From Pelomyxa schiedti (lineage: Eukaryota > Protista > Evosea), in the NCBI GenBank assembly GCA_020536535.1, contig JAHLWZ010000187.1, positions 186,001 to 250,000 of the forward strand: 64,000 nt of DNA, written 5' to 3'. A program made the position numbers and the translations under genes. The first letter of the stretch is position 1. Each line of letters starts with the position of its first letter. Positions 63,463-64,000 of this stretch are shown here, in pieces. The notes beneath the pieces are model-generated. The model ran no database searches. It saw only the letters and a list, made by a program, of their open reading frames with translations, and had not been told where the DNA came from.

Positions 63463-64000
63463 TTATTCACACATTTTCAACAAGGATTTTCCACCAGATG
63501 GACTGAGGTGGGGACTTGGCTTTGCTCTTGAGTATGATGTCGAGGAAAGGCCGGTACCTGTGTGAGCTTGGTTTAGCAACAGTGGTGGCACAGAGGGAGA
63601 AATGAGGGCATACGATGTAACCAGTGGAGATACAAACACGGGAATACCCACGGGGGGGTTACAAGCCTGACACACCATGTTTCTTGCTGTCGTGTTGAGC
63701 TGCTGTACAGACCCTCGCTCGGGGTTGGTGTTTCCAACATAAACTATCTCTTGCTGTTGGCCTGCCCACAATCCACGCACACTCTCGCGGTTGAATTTCA
63801 CAAGCTACATTTTGTCAGTTTGGTGAATTGCAACTTATTTAAAAAGTAGACTGGGTATTGTAGTGCTGATTGGTGTTTTTATGTTGTGGGAAGGAAGAAG
63901 GAACAAACCCGGAATTTCACGTATCTGTACTGAAGCATAACAATGCTGAAGTCAATTGCGCTTGTGTCAGCATCCACATGCTTCCGCAGTGATAGCAGCT
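63463..64000 (-). CDS. PCNX: 3' part of a pecanex-like protein (runs off the window)
   Basis: LLSLRKH..IVML and KFNRESVRGLWAGQQQEIVYVGNTNPERGSVQ..RNMVCQACNPPVGIPVFVSPLVTSY match the Pecanex_C motif VRGLWAGQQQE..NPERGSIQ..RNM..DQPIGYPIYVSPLTTSY. Confidence 0.85.

Overview
Gene-dense eukaryotic (protist) DNA, about 40% GC by eye, with many short GT-AG introns (about 30-90 nt in those read), GC/CpG-rich 5' exons and one 100-N scaffold gap (31550-31649). The gene content points to an amoebozoan, probably an archamoeba such as Pelomyxa (inference from an Entamoeba-TMK-like receptor kinase, TENT5/FAM46, kinase-SEL1 and an expanded orphan family). Genes were reconstructed by manual splicing, so boundaries are approximate. 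In order: TCTP 3' end, PHT1/Pho84 phosphate transporter, Cys-less pentameric ligand-gated ion channel (pLGIC), cullin, NAPE-PLD, TENT5, kinase-SEL1, P-like transposon relic, pseudoRho-Kelch-F-box-Hint protein, NDP kinase, VWA-Ras-like fusion, MCM7, CHY zinc finger, receptor kinase with solute-binding ectodomain, secreted orphan, MED12, Rab1-like, orphan gene plus inverted pseudogene, double-NOP5NT Nop56/58-like gene, and the pecanex 3' end. Top leads: (1) a pLGIC with an N-terminal SAM domain, no signal peptide and a polybasic-CaaX tail, suggesting inverted topology with a cytosolic ligand-binding domain; (2) an F-box/Kelch protein ending in a Vint-type Hint autoprocessing domain; (3) direct sequence evidence of CpG-methylation decay on transposon copies. 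No CRISPR array, rRNA or tRNA was recognised.
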